Below, piece by piece: positions 9,040-17,552 of a DNA stretch of 64,000 nt. The notes below the pieces were generated by a model. The model did not search any database and was not told the DNA's origin. It saw only the letters and a program-made list of their open reading frames with translations. Position 1 is the stretch's first letter; each line of letters starts with the position of its first letter. This DNA is from a virus. Lineage: Duplodnaviria > Caudoviricetes. The stretch is from positions 6,192-70,191 of IMG/VR virus record IMGVR_UViG_2799112583_000005; one strand, 5' to 3'. A program made the position numbers and the translations under genes.

Positions 9040-9270
9040 TTAAAGGTCCTTTTCCGATGTGAACACGATCTGCTCCCCATTCGGCCGGATAATCGCGAGT
9101 TTGCTGCCCGTTGCCTCAGCAATCTTGATAACATCGTCCAGCGACCACCGTTCATTCACAAATTTGTTGCTCAGACTTTGCTTGCTCCCCATTTCGAGAA
9201 CCGGCATGAGATCAGACTGCTTCATACCGCAGGCGTCGATCAGGTATCGGAGCTTTGCAGAATTTGACAT
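9040..9270 (-). CDS. Small HTH regulator
   Basis: RBS GGAGGTGG; MSNSAKLRYLIDACGMKQSDLMPVLEMGSKQSLSNKF. Confidence 0.75.
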   Translation of the reverse strand: MSNSAKLRYLIDACGMKQSDLMPVLEMGSKQSLSNKFVNERWSLDDVIKIAEATGSKLAIIRPNGEQIVFTSEKDL

Positions 9271-9358
9271 TGAACCACCTCCATTGACGATAATACACCC
9301 GTCTTGCTGAATAGTCAATAATATTTTTTTACTTTTCCACGAAAAATATTGATTTTTG

Positions 9359-9389
9359 TATTGACAAGTCAATAATTTTGGTGTACTAT
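9359..9389 (+). promoter_or_regulatory. Strong promoter of the small-gene array, overlapped by a palindromic operator
   Basis: TTGACA-17 bp-TACTAT; palindrome TATTGAC-AA-GTCAATA (9359-9374) covers the -35. Confidence 0.75.
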
Positions 9390-9425
9390 GTATACAGAAA
9401 AAAGAAAAAACAGGAGGAACGAAAC

Positions 9426-9599
9426 ATGAAATTCACACTCTGCGACAAAAACGGCAATGGCCGTGAGTTAACCATGGAGGAGGTTCACAAACACCTCTCC
9501 GAGGCACAGATCGAAGAAGCGATTCAAGCGAAGATCGCAGACCCCGGCGAGGATGTAGCATATATGACAATCGGCGGCATAATCTGCCTGGATTTTTAA
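9426..9599 (+). CDS. Hypothetical small phage protein
   Basis: RBS GGAGG, 57 aa, first gene after promoter. Confidence 0.6.
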   Translation: MKFTLCDKNGNGRELTMEEVHKHLSEAQIEEAIQAKIADPGEDVAYMTIGGIICLDF

Positions 9600-9610
9600 G
9601 GAGGGCCAAA

Positions 9611-9850
9611 ATGAACGAATCCTATACCATCAGATGCACCTGCCACACCTACGTCACCCTCGAATGGAATGACAAATTCATTGCCTGCTATGACAACGAT
9701 ATGCAGTACATGGAGGAGATCATCGAGAAGATTGAAAAGCGAACCGGTCAGAAATTCAACACGATCCAGCGTAAAGGCAGCATCCAGAACTTTGACGGTC
9801 TCCGTTTTCTCCACGGCGGATTCAAAAAAGGCACCGAGATTTTCGGATGA
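9611..9850 (+). CDS. Hypothetical small phage protein
   Basis: RBS GGAGG, 79 aa. Confidence 0.6.
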   Translation: MNESYTIRCTCHTYVTLEWNDKFIACYDNDMQYMEEIIEKIEKRTGQKFNTIQRKGSIQNFDGLRFLHGGFKKGTEIFG

Positions 9851-9900
9851 AAGATAAGCCCTCCCGGCCGGGCAAAAGACCGGGAGAAAGGAAAATGAAA

Positions 9901-10359
9901 ATGGCACACGATTGGAACGAATTCGACAGATTTGAGAGCAAATACATGCCTGATTACGGCGATGGCGATACGATGGCATCCCAGGCAGAAACCGCACTGA
10001 ACAAGCTGGTTTACAAATGGTTCAACGATGGTGATGTTTACGACAACCATTACGGCATGGCCGGATGGGCCAACGATATATCCGGATCTGCGAACTGGCT
10101 GGCAAATCACTTTCCCGGAGCAAAGGCAATTCTCGACAGAATCTATGACATCGGCTGTGACGATGGCAAGTATGAGGACATTCTGTATGACCTCTGCTGC
10201 CTGATCCACGATACGCCGAACCTGCTGGACAGTCTGAACAACATCCCGAAGATCGGAGACGCATACAGCGATGCAGGACCGTACAAGTTCGAGTATTACG
10301 ACGAGGATGAGGACGAGTACGAAGAAGAGTACGAAGAAGATGAGGAGGACTACGAATGA
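9901..10359 (+). CDS. Hypothetical protein with very acidic C-terminal tail
   Basis: RBS GAAAGG; ends YYDEDEDEYEEEYEEDEEDYE. Confidence 0.7.
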   Translation: MAHDWNEFDRFESKYMPDYGDGDTMASQAETALNKLVYKWFNDGDVYDNHYGMAGWANDISGSANWLANHFPGAKAILDRIYDIGCDDGKYEDILYDLCCLIHDTPNLLDSLNNIPKIGDAYSDAGPYKFEYYDEDEDEYEEEYEEDEEDYE

Positions 10360-10811
10360 AATATCTGCACTTCACCCTCACCCAGAACGGTGTGCAGATC
10401 GGGACTGCCGCTGTCATGGAGCAGGCAATCAACGCCGCCAAAGGGTACGCCGAAAAGTACGGTGCCCCGGTCTCAGTGATCGGGCACCGGGACGACGGCA
10501 AGGAAAAAGAGGTCATCTACCACCCGGACGGCAGGATAGAGAAAATCTGGGAGCTGGCGCAGAGCTCCCCCTTCTGCCCCGAAGAGGGGATGACCTACAG
10601 GAACGCTGGAGGCGGCGAATATCGCTGTGAATGGGCTTCCGGCACCGAGGCTCGCATGGTAAACACCAAGAGCGGATGGAGCCTTCGTGCTCACGGTTGC
10701 CGGATCTACTTTGACGGCTCCATTGAGTGGGACTACTCAACGGACGGCTGCTTCACCCATTTAGTAAGCCCTCCCAGGAGCCGCAAAAACCAGACAGGGA
10801 AAGGAAGGTAA
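10356..10811 (+). CDS. Hypothetical phage protein
   Basis: ATGA overlap with upstream gene, 151 aa. Confidence 0.6.
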   Translation: MKYLHFTLTQNGVQIGTAAVMEQAINAAKGYAEKYGAPVSVIGHRDDGKEKEVIYHPDGRIEKIWELAQSSPFCPEEGMTYRNAGGGEYRCEWASGTEARMVNTKSGWSLRAHGCRIYFDGSIEWDYSTDGCFTHLVSPPRSRKNQTGKGR

Positions 10812-10813
10812 GA

Positions 10814-11095
10814 ATGAAAACCAAAGAATACCGGATGGAGATAAATGTGCTTGACACGATCGAGACTACCGTCAAGATCAGTGAGAGCGTATACAAACAG
10901 AAACTCAAGAGTCTAAAGCGTCAGGTTGCTGAGACACAGGCTGATCGAGATAGAGAGTCCACTTTCGTGGCGCATGAAACCGAGATGGTTGACGAATTCG
11001 AGACGTACATCCGGAAGACCTACCGTGCAACGCTCGGAACGACCGACATTGAGCTGATCGCAGTCATTTGCAAGTCTGGATATTGCTTCAAATAA
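10814..11095 (+). CDS. Hypothetical phage protein
   Basis: RBS upstream, open frame. Confidence 0.6.
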   Translation: MKTKEYRMEINVLDTIETTVKISESVYKQKLKSLKRQVAETQADRDRESTFVAHETEMVDEFETYIRKTYRATLGTTDIELIAVICKSGYCFK

Positions 11096-11132
11096 TCTCT
11101 TCCCGCCCCGGAGGTCACGAGGGCAGAAAGGA

Positions 11133-11375
11133 ATGATCATGGAAAACCAGAAAGAATTGAAGATCGAAATGCTTTTGAGCGAACGCGGAGGAATGATCCA
11201 GTTTCGCCCCCTTGGAATCGGCCATTCCCCGGAAGTGTGGGAAATCGTCACTGGGAGAAATTTTCCTTATACTTGGAGCGGCTGCTGTTGCGATATGGAG
11301 ACTACCATTGGAACGATCCGCCAGATCACCGAGAAACTGCAAAAACTCGGATATAGCCCTGTGTTTGTCCCGTAA
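11133..11375 (+). CDS. Hypothetical phage protein
   Basis: RBS GAAAGG, 80 aa. Confidence 0.55.
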   Translation: MIMENQKELKIEMLLSERGGMIQFRPLGIGHSPEVWEIVTGRNFPYTWSGCCCDMETTIGTIRQITEKLQKLGYSPVFVP

Positions 11376-11437
11376 GCCGAAACGCCCTCCGGGGCGTCCG
11401 CCGGAGATCGCCTCCCGGCGCCGATGAAGGCAGGCGA
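11376..11437 (+). ncRNA. Type II hammerhead ribozyme with pseudoknot (core variant CCGAUGA)
   Basis: GCC-GAAAC-GCCC/GGGC-GTC^-CGCCGG/CCGGCG-CCGATGA-A-GGC; loop TCGCCT pairs with 3' AGGCGA; predicted cleavage after C11398. Confidence 0.7.
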
Positions 11438-11450
11438 GAAAGGAGACAAA

Positions 11451-11891
11451 ATGTCACCTATCAGAAATCAATCTGAGTTCCGCAAGGGATATGAATGGCT
11501 GTTAATCCTGCAGCAATTGCTCAAGGAGAATGGCTTCGGAAAGCCAGACGTTGCCCGCGAGGAGATCAACAGCATTAAGCGGGAGCTTCGAGCTTTCGCA
11601 AACCGGGACACCGCGGTTGACGTTGGTATGGGCTTTATGTGTGAGCGCCGGATTGTCAGCAGCGACTTTGACGGCTATATCGAGCTGGTGAGCATTCCGG
11701 AAGTGTTCGATACTCTGGACGATGACACGGACGGCAACCCCGGGGCAAAGACATTTTTTGAGGAGTTCCTTGAGATCCACGCCCGCCCCTCTATGTATGA
11801 TTGCACAGGGCAAGCCTTTACGAGTTGGTTCAAGCTGTTCAAGCGCAACGGTCAGTTTTGGGCATACCACAGTGTATGTTTTGACGTGTAA
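11451..11891 (+). CDS. Hypothetical phage protein
   Basis: RBS GAAAGGAG directly after the ribozyme, 146 aa. Confidence 0.65.
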   Translation: MSPIRNQSEFRKGYEWLLILQQLLKENGFGKPDVAREEINSIKRELRAFANRDTAVDVGMGFMCERRIVSSDFDGYIELVSIPEVFDTLDDDTDGNPGAKTFFEEFLEIHARPSMYDCTGQAFTSWFKLFKRNGQFWAYHSVCFDV

Positions 11892-11901
11892 GGAGGGAAG
11901 C

Positions 11902-12285
11902 ATGAAACTGGACAGCACACTTGTGAAAGAAATCCGCGAGGCGGTGGGCGACGGCAGCCGGGCAGCAAAATTCCGGCTCCTGCGCCGGGTGTCGGATGCC
12001 TGTGTGGATCTGAGCAGAGCGGACATACGCTCGACGTTCCATCAGGTTCTCCGGGAGCACGGGCGGGTGCCGGTGGCGATCTGCGTCGCGGCCACGCTGG
12101 AGGCCCGACGGGAGCGGATAGACTACTGGGGCATGGCATGGGCGCGGGAAGTCCTCGCCCTGCTGCCCGGATGGACACCAGGCAACAAGGAACGGGCGCA
12201 CATTGAGGATGGGATTCACCCGACGGCGATATGCGACTATGCCGGAGACTTGATTTGTCTTACTTCGGAGAACATAACACGATGA
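11902..12285 (+). CDS. Hypothetical phage protein
   Basis: RBS GGAGGG, 127 aa. Confidence 0.6.
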   Translation: MKLDSTLVKEIREAVGDGSRAAKFRLLRRVSDACVDLSRADIRSTFHQVLREHGRVPVAICVAATLEARRERIDYWGMAWAREVLALLPGWTPGNKERAHIEDGIHPTAICDYAGDLICLTSENITR

Positions 12286-12470
12286 GAGCATGGGAGTGGT
12301 TTTTCGTGGCCGAAGATGGGGGACTGAACTGCAGTGGCGGTGTTCCGATGAAGAGCGAGACCGAGGCCCTGAGAGCCGGAAAACGCTGGCAGCGCGAGAC
12401 CGACAGAAAGGGAACGATTACGGCGCGGTGGGTTTACTTCCCCACAGCGAGCTACATCCTGGACTATTAA
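12282..12470 (+). CDS. Hypothetical small phage protein
   Basis: ATGA overlap, 62 aa. Confidence 0.5.
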   Translation: MRAWEWFFVAEDGGLNCSGGVPMKSETEALRAGKRWQRETDRKGTITARWVYFPTASYILDY

Positions 12471-12513
12471 GAGACAGCTGACCTACCGGCTTTACGGGGA
12501 GAAAGGAAAAAAG

Positions 12514-12717
12514 ATGCCTGTTTATGATTTTTGCGGCCTATGCACTGACGAATCGGTGGATGTCAGTATCTATGACATGAACGAGAAAGTGGAGGAAGAG
12601 GTCTTCACCGGAAGTATGAGGGACGCCATGGAAAGCGAGTGGGCAGACTTCGAGGTTGACAGCTTTGACCTCACCCCGGACGGGCTTTGCTTGAACATTG
12701 ACACATCGGAGGACTGA
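12514..12717 (+). CDS. Hypothetical acidic small protein
   Basis: RBS GAAAGG, 67 aa, strongly acidic. Confidence 0.6.
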   Translation: MPVYDFCGLCTDESVDVSIYDMNEKVEEEVFTGSMRDAMESEWADFEVDSFDLTPDGLCLNIDTSED

Positions 12718-12719
12718 GA

Positions 12720-13061
12720 ATGAGCAGAGACTGGACGCCTGAGGAGACGCGGGCAGCGTCCGAGGCCATGAAGCGCGCTGGGCAGATGAGCTATGAGGAG
12801 GTCGTTGCCGAGGCCACCAGGCAAATGATTGAGCAGTTTTCGGAGATCCAGCGCGAGGGGCATTTTCCCTGTCCACGCTGTGGTCATTACCGTATGAACG
12901 CTGATCCCATCCGAAACGCACTGAGCCGCCGGGTGGCTGTACAGATCTGCGATCAGTGTGGTATTGCAGAGGCCTTGGAAGACGCTATAGGCGAAAGATC
13001 GCCGCTGACCATGTGGAATATAGCCCAAGAGCCGGAAGCCTATAGAAGAGCCAGAAATTAG
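12720..13061 (+). CDS. Zinc-finger-like hypothetical protein
   Basis: CPRCG...NALSRR...ICDQCG..EA pattern. Confidence 0.65.
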   Translation: MSRDWTPEETRAASEAMKRAGQMSYEEVVAEATRQMIEQFSEIQREGHFPCPRCGHYRMNADPIRNALSRRVAVQICDQCGIAEALEDAIGERSPLTMWNIAQEPEAYRRARN

Positions 13062-13128
13062 GTTGCAACGCAATGTAACGCAATGTAACGCGGTGTCACT
13101 TGATATCGCTCTAAGAATCTGATATCGT
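13061..13128 (+). promoter_or_regulatory. Putative late promoter with three phased 10-bp activator boxes
   Basis: GGTTGCAACG-CAATGTAACG-CAATGTAACG, then TTGATA-17 bp-(TG)TATCGT. Confidence 0.6.
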
Positions 13129-13273
13129 TACAATCGCAAAATCCGTATCAAGCACCGAAGCATCGCTGTTCGCCGCAGCGGTGCTTCAATTATTTTCGGG
13201 AGGAGGAAATCATCACGGCATAGCTCCTTTGAATACTGCCGCCGAAAGGCGAGCTTCAAAGGAGGGTGTCACA

Positions 13274-14266
13274 ATGACACTGAAACAACGCTTTACCAGC
13301 AATCCGCAGATCTACTACGCGCTGAGCATTGCCGCCACATGGGCGGGTATCGGCTCTCTGATGAACGGCGTTACCATGACGCTGACCTACGGGATTATCC
13401 CGTCGCTGATCTGGGTACTCGGCAACACCGTGGCCTGCATCCTTTTCGGAACGGTGGCCTGTAAGATCCCGAAAGTGCGGGAGGTATTCCGGTCAAGGGT
13501 AATGGAAACTGTCTGCGCGATCATGTGCATATTCCAGGCATGGCTCAGCATGAACGGTATGCAGACGGTTTTCTCTGACACCGTACTCGGACCGGACTTC
13601 GGCAAGTATGTGGCCTATGCACTCGCAGTATTCTTCCTGATTATCCTGTTGCGCTTCGGCATGATACGAAATGTGCTGACTGACGGCTTCGGCTGGATCA
13701 TCGTCTATTTGATGGCTGCCGGCGTCACCGCGGCTGCACTGATCTACACCAAGGGCACCGTGAATCATATCGGTCTCGGTCTGGAGCCGGAGCCGATGAA
13801 AACCGGAATATGGAAAGCGATCTTGCTTCTCCCCGGTCCTTTCACCTATCCGTACTTCTTTGAGATCCTGGATTACAACGACCGGAACGAGGACGGAACT
13901 GCCAAAGTAAACGTAAAGCGAGCCTTTACCATGGGCGGGGTATTCTTCGGCCTGTATATGGCGATTGTCTTTCCTCTCGCGTGGACGCAGTTCACGCCGA
14001 CACTCAATATCGTCAAGGCCGTGCTGATCACAATCATCGGCACATCCACCCTGTCCTCTTCTATGTACAGCATCTATATCGCTTTCGGGAAAAAGCTGGG
14101 ACTTGCAATCAATACGGCGCTGATCGCCGGATGGAGCATTTTGATTCCTCTGGGCGTCATGGGCATGTGGACGCTCATGGCCTCGGTGCGCATCTATTTT
14201 GTTGCCGCCGGCATCCTGGTTGCGCTGATCTGGAACGCCTGCGAGAAAAAGGCGGTGCGGTCATGA
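13274..14266 (+). CDS. Multi-pass membrane protein, solute symporter (SSS/APC)-like
   Basis: RBS GGAGGG; about 10 hydrophobic segments; SIAATWAGIGSLMNG resembles the SSS first-helix motif. Confidence 0.55.
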   Translation: MTLKQRFTSNPQIYYALSIAATWAGIGSLMNGVTMTLTYGIIPSLIWVLGNTVACILFGTVACKIPKVREVFRSRVMETVCAIMCIFQAWLSMNGMQTVFSDTVLGPDFGKYVAYALAVFFLIILLRFGMIRNVLTDGFGWIIVYLMAAGVTAAALIYTKGTVNHIGLGLEPEPMKTGIWKAILLLPGPFTYPYFFEILDYNDRNEDGTAKVNVKRAFTMGGVFFGLYMAIVFPLAWTQFTPTLNIVKAVLITIIGTSTLSSSMYSIYIAFGKKLGLAINTALIAGWSILIPLGVMGMWTLMASVRIYFVAAGILVALIWNACEKKAVRS

Positions 14267-15048
14267 AACAGGTTCTCGGCCGAAAACAGTCCAGCCGAAA
14301 TGAGGATTGGCTGTATGCTGTGGCGCACATTGAGGAACTGATCTCCCCGGATGAAGTTAAAGACTACGCCGATGAGTCCCTGTCGGAGATCCGGCGAGCG
14401 ACGGACGGCAAAAGGGCAGCTTATGCCTACAGCGCAGGTAAGGACAGTATTGTCCTTGCCAATCTCTGTGAAAAGGCCGGTATCACTACCGGCTATTTTG
14501 CTTACTGCGATCTGGATTACCCGGCTTTCGTGGCATGGGTCAAGGAGCACAAGCCCGCTGGCGTCCAGATGATGCATACCGGATATGGTCTTGATTGGCT
14601 GTACCACCATCAGAATCTGATCTTCGCTGAGGGCGCCCTTGGGCAGAGATGGCATCAAATCAGCCAGCGAGGGCCTTTTACTCAGATGTTCTTCGAGAAT
14701 CATCTGGATCTCCTGCTCATGGGGCACCGGTCGATTGACGGAAATTTCTGTGGCCCTGACGGATATATCCGGAAGAGCAGCGGCGAGGTTCGCTTTTCTC
14801 CCCTCCGGGCATGGCCTCACGAAGCCCTGCTTGGCTACATCCATTACAACGGCCTTCCACTGCCGCCCATATACGGCTGGAAAGACGGGTGGGTACAGGG
14901 GACACACGCCTGGCCGGAGCGAGAGTTCTGCAGCGAGGATATCATGAAGGGCTATCGGGAGATCTATGAGATCGACCCGTCCATTGTCCTGGACGCTGCC
15001 AAGAAGATTCCGAGCGCGCGCCGCTTCCTGGAGGAGGTGGGCGCATGA
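14263..15048 (+). CDS. PP-loop / PAPS-reductase-family protein
   Basis: AYSAGKDS PP-loop; GHR..DG and SPLRAW...LLGYIHYNGL. Confidence 0.75.
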   Translation: MKQVLGRKQSSRNEDWLYAVAHIEELISPDEVKDYADESLSEIRRATDGKRAAYAYSAGKDSIVLANLCEKAGITTGYFAYCDLDYPAFVAWVKEHKPAGVQMMHTGYGLDWLYHHQNLIFAEGALGQRWHQISQRGPFTQMFFENHLDLLLMGHRSIDGNFCGPDGYIRKSSGEVRFSPLRAWPHEALLGYIHYNGLPLPPIYGWKDGWVQGTHAWPEREFCSEDIMKGYREIYEIDPSIVLDAAKKIPSARRFLEEVGA

Positions 15049-15731
15049 ACATCACCATGATTCCGCTGTCTGAGCTGAAGCCGAATCCGCGGAACGTGCG
15101 CCTCCACTCCGCAAAGCAGTTGGAGGAATATCGGCGCTCGGTGGAAAAATTCGGCCAGACCAAGGCCATCGTCTGTGACGAGAGCAAAACCATCCTGATC
15201 GGCAATGGACTCTATGAGGCCATGAAAGCTCAGGGCATGACCGAGGCTGCCTGCTTCATCAAGACCGGAATGTCCGAGAGCGACAAGCTCAAGATGATGA
15301 TGGCTGACAACAAGGTGTACTCCCTCGGTGTGGACAATCTGGACACCATCGAGGGAATCATCGCTGAGCTCGGCGCAATGAAAGACTTCGATATCCCCGG
15401 CTATGATGCTGATCTTCTGGAAACGCTCACCTTCGAGCCGGACGATGCGGATGACTTCATGGGTGGCTATGGCCTTTTGGATGATAGCTCAAAGGCCAAC
15501 ATGGAGAAGGCGGCGGCACGGTACGCGCAGGAGGACGCCAAATTTGAAGCGTCCGCCGAAAGAATTGCCCCGGCGGCCCCTCCACGGCCTCTGGAATCAC
15601 CGGGAACGGCCCCAGCGCCTCAGACCGATATTGTAACAGGCCTTCCCGAAAAGCCCGAGGAAACGTCAGGAAATGCGTTGCAACGGCGTTTCCTTGTCTG
15701 CCCGAAATGCGGTGAGAAGATATGGCTGTAA
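15045..15731 (+). CDS. ParB/Srx N-terminal domain protein with C-terminal CxxC
   Basis: LSELKPNPRNVRLH..KQL..SVEKFG...IVCDE..ILIGNG; ends CPKCGEKIWL. Confidence 0.85.
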   Translation: MNITMIPLSELKPNPRNVRLHSAKQLEEYRRSVEKFGQTKAIVCDESKTILIGNGLYEAMKAQGMTEAACFIKTGMSESDKLKMMMADNKVYSLGVDNLDTIEGIIAELGAMKDFDIPGYDADLLETLTFEPDDADDFMGGYGLLDDSSKANMEKAAARYAQEDAKFEASAERIAPAAPPRPLESPGTAPAPQTDIVTGLPEKPEETSGNALQRRFLVCPKCGEKIWL

Positions 15732-16885
15732 AACGGGTAGAGGGAACGATCGACGTCGTGACTGCTGCCCGGCAGCGCCTCACGAATGTGTTTTCCAATG
15801 GCGTCCCGGTCTACATGAGCTTTTCCGCAGGCAAAGACAGCCTGTGCATGGCACATCTGACCTACAGCCTCATCCAGGAGGGGAAGATCGACGCCCAGCA
15901 GCTCACGGTGATCTTCATTGACGAGGAGGCCATCTACGACAGCATGTATCAGATGGCGATTCGGTGGCGAAAACGGTTCCTCGCCGTCGGCGCTGAATTC
16001 CGATGGTATTGCCTGCCGGTGAAGCAATCCAGCATCCTGAACTACCTGCAGTCCACGGAATCGTGGATTACCTGGGAGCCTGGGAAAGAGGATTGCTGGG
16101 TCAGGCAGCCGCCTCCCTTTGCGATCACGCGCAGCCCCTATCTCACTTATCCCGGCGAGATGAACTATCAGGAGTTCTGCCAGACGATCTCCCGCGACGG
16201 CATCCAGATCGTTGGCCTGCGAGGCTCCGAATCCATCCAGCGGGCGGCGCTCCTGGCAAAGATTACTCTCGGCAAGGGCGGGATCACCGGGAAGAACTGC
16301 CAGTACCCTATCTATGACTGGCGGGATAAAGACATCTGGCTCTACATCAAGGAGCACAATCTGGACTTCCCGGACGCATACATACATCTGTTTCAGGTCG
16401 GAGTGCCAAGGCGGCAGCTCCGGCTTTGCAATTTCTTCGGCTCCGAGGGTATTGCCGGCCTGCGCTGGATCGCCGAGACAGATCCTCAACTCTGGCAGCA
16501 GGTGGAGAAGCGCGAGCCGAACGCCTATCTCACTCTCCTGTACTGGGACAGTGAGATGTTCAAGCGCCGGACCAGGAAGCGCCGGGAGCTGGAGGGCAGC
16601 GCCCCTCTGAAAGACTACAAGGCAGAGTGTAAGAAGATGCTCTTCACCGAGGCCGACAAGTATTTCAGCATAGCCAGCATGAAAACGGTACATCGGGCAT
16701 ACCGGGCGTTCTACATCCGGAACAGCGCCGTGATGACCAATGAGCATTTCCGCATCATGCACGATGCTATCATAGCCGGCGATCCGAAGCTCCGGTCCCT
16801 CCGGGCACTCTACACGACGGTCTACAAGGAGTATGCAGACCTCAGCCGTGCAACTTCCCTGAAGAAGGGAGGTGAACAGGCATGA
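15722..16885 (+). CDS. ibrA: PAPS-reductase-family protein, IbrA-like
   Basis: SFSAGKDS, FIDEEA, WYCLP, VGLRGSESIQR, YPIYDW...DIW. Confidence 0.75.
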   Translation: MAVKRVEGTIDVVTAARQRLTNVFSNGVPVYMSFSAGKDSLCMAHLTYSLIQEGKIDAQQLTVIFIDEEAIYDSMYQMAIRWRKRFLAVGAEFRWYCLPVKQSSILNYLQSTESWITWEPGKEDCWVRQPPPFAITRSPYLTYPGEMNYQEFCQTISRDGIQIVGLRGSESIQRAALLAKITLGKGGITGKNCQYPIYDWRDKDIWLYIKEHNLDFPDAYIHLFQVGVPRRQLRLCNFFGSEGIAGLRWIAETDPQLWQQVEKREPNAYLTLLYWDSEMFKRRTRKRRELEGSAPLKDYKAECKKMLFTEADKYFSIASMKTVHRAYRAFYIRNSAVMTNEHFRIMHDAIIAGDPKLRSLRALYTTVYKEYADLSRATSLKKGGEQA

Positions 16886-17406
16886 CAGAGGTTGATGTGT
16901 TCGGCCCGCTTGCCTCCCTGCAGTGGGTGGATCGCTCGATGCTCCACGCAAATGACTACAACCCGAACAAGGTCTCAGAAGAAAACCTGCAGCTGCTGGT
17001 GCAGTCGATACTCACGAACGGCTGGACGCTGCCCATCGTGGTACGGCCAGACTATACGATCATCGACGGCTTTCACCGCTGGACGGTATCCGGACGGGAG
17101 CCGCTGTTGTCCAAACTCGGCGGCAAGGTGCCCGTGGTGATCGTCAACCATGAGAACGAGGCCGATGATATCTATGGCACCATCACGCACAACCGTGCGC
17201 GCGGTACTCACCTGCTGGAGCCGATGAAGGCTATCGTGAAACGGCTGATCGACGAGGGGAAGACCGTGCAGGAGATCTCCAAGCAGCTCGGCATGAGGCC
17301 GGAAGAGATCTTCCGCCTCTCTGATTTCTCCCGTGATGAATTTCTCGCCATGATGACGGATGGCGTCACCGGGTATTCCCGCGCTGCCATCTACAAGAGT
17401 GTATAA
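16882..17406 (+). CDS. ibrB: ParB/Srx-family protein, IbrB-like
   Basis: ANDYNPN...LL.QSI..NGWTLPIV, IIDGFHRW, TITHNRARGTH. Confidence 0.8.
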   Translation: MTEVDVFGPLASLQWVDRSMLHANDYNPNKVSEENLQLLVQSILTNGWTLPIVVRPDYTIIDGFHRWTVSGREPLLSKLGGKVPVVIVNHENEADDIYGTITHNRARGTHLLEPMKAIVKRLIDEGKTVQEISKQLGMRPEEIFRLSDFSRDEFLAMMTDGVTGYSRAAIYKSV

Positions 17407-17552
17407 ACCGAACAAGGGCGCTGGGGAGACCGAGAACGGCTTCCCTTGCGCCTTTCTGCTTAACCAACGTGGAATATGCCCTGCACCAGAGAACGCAAGG
17501 CAGACCCGTTGCAACTGCTCTCAGTGGCAATCCAAGTAAATGAGGTGGTGAT

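Noticed and set aside
13181-13273. ORF-track start MLQLFSGG resembling a Prp leader on the transporter
   Set aside because: The GTG lies inside a hairpin with no RBS; the RBS-supported start is ATG 13274, so the motif is probably not translated.
17415-17454. Long imperfect hairpin between ibrB-like gene and terS as a novel ncRNA
   Set aside because: Explained adequately as a terminator or processing stem; no other supporting motif.
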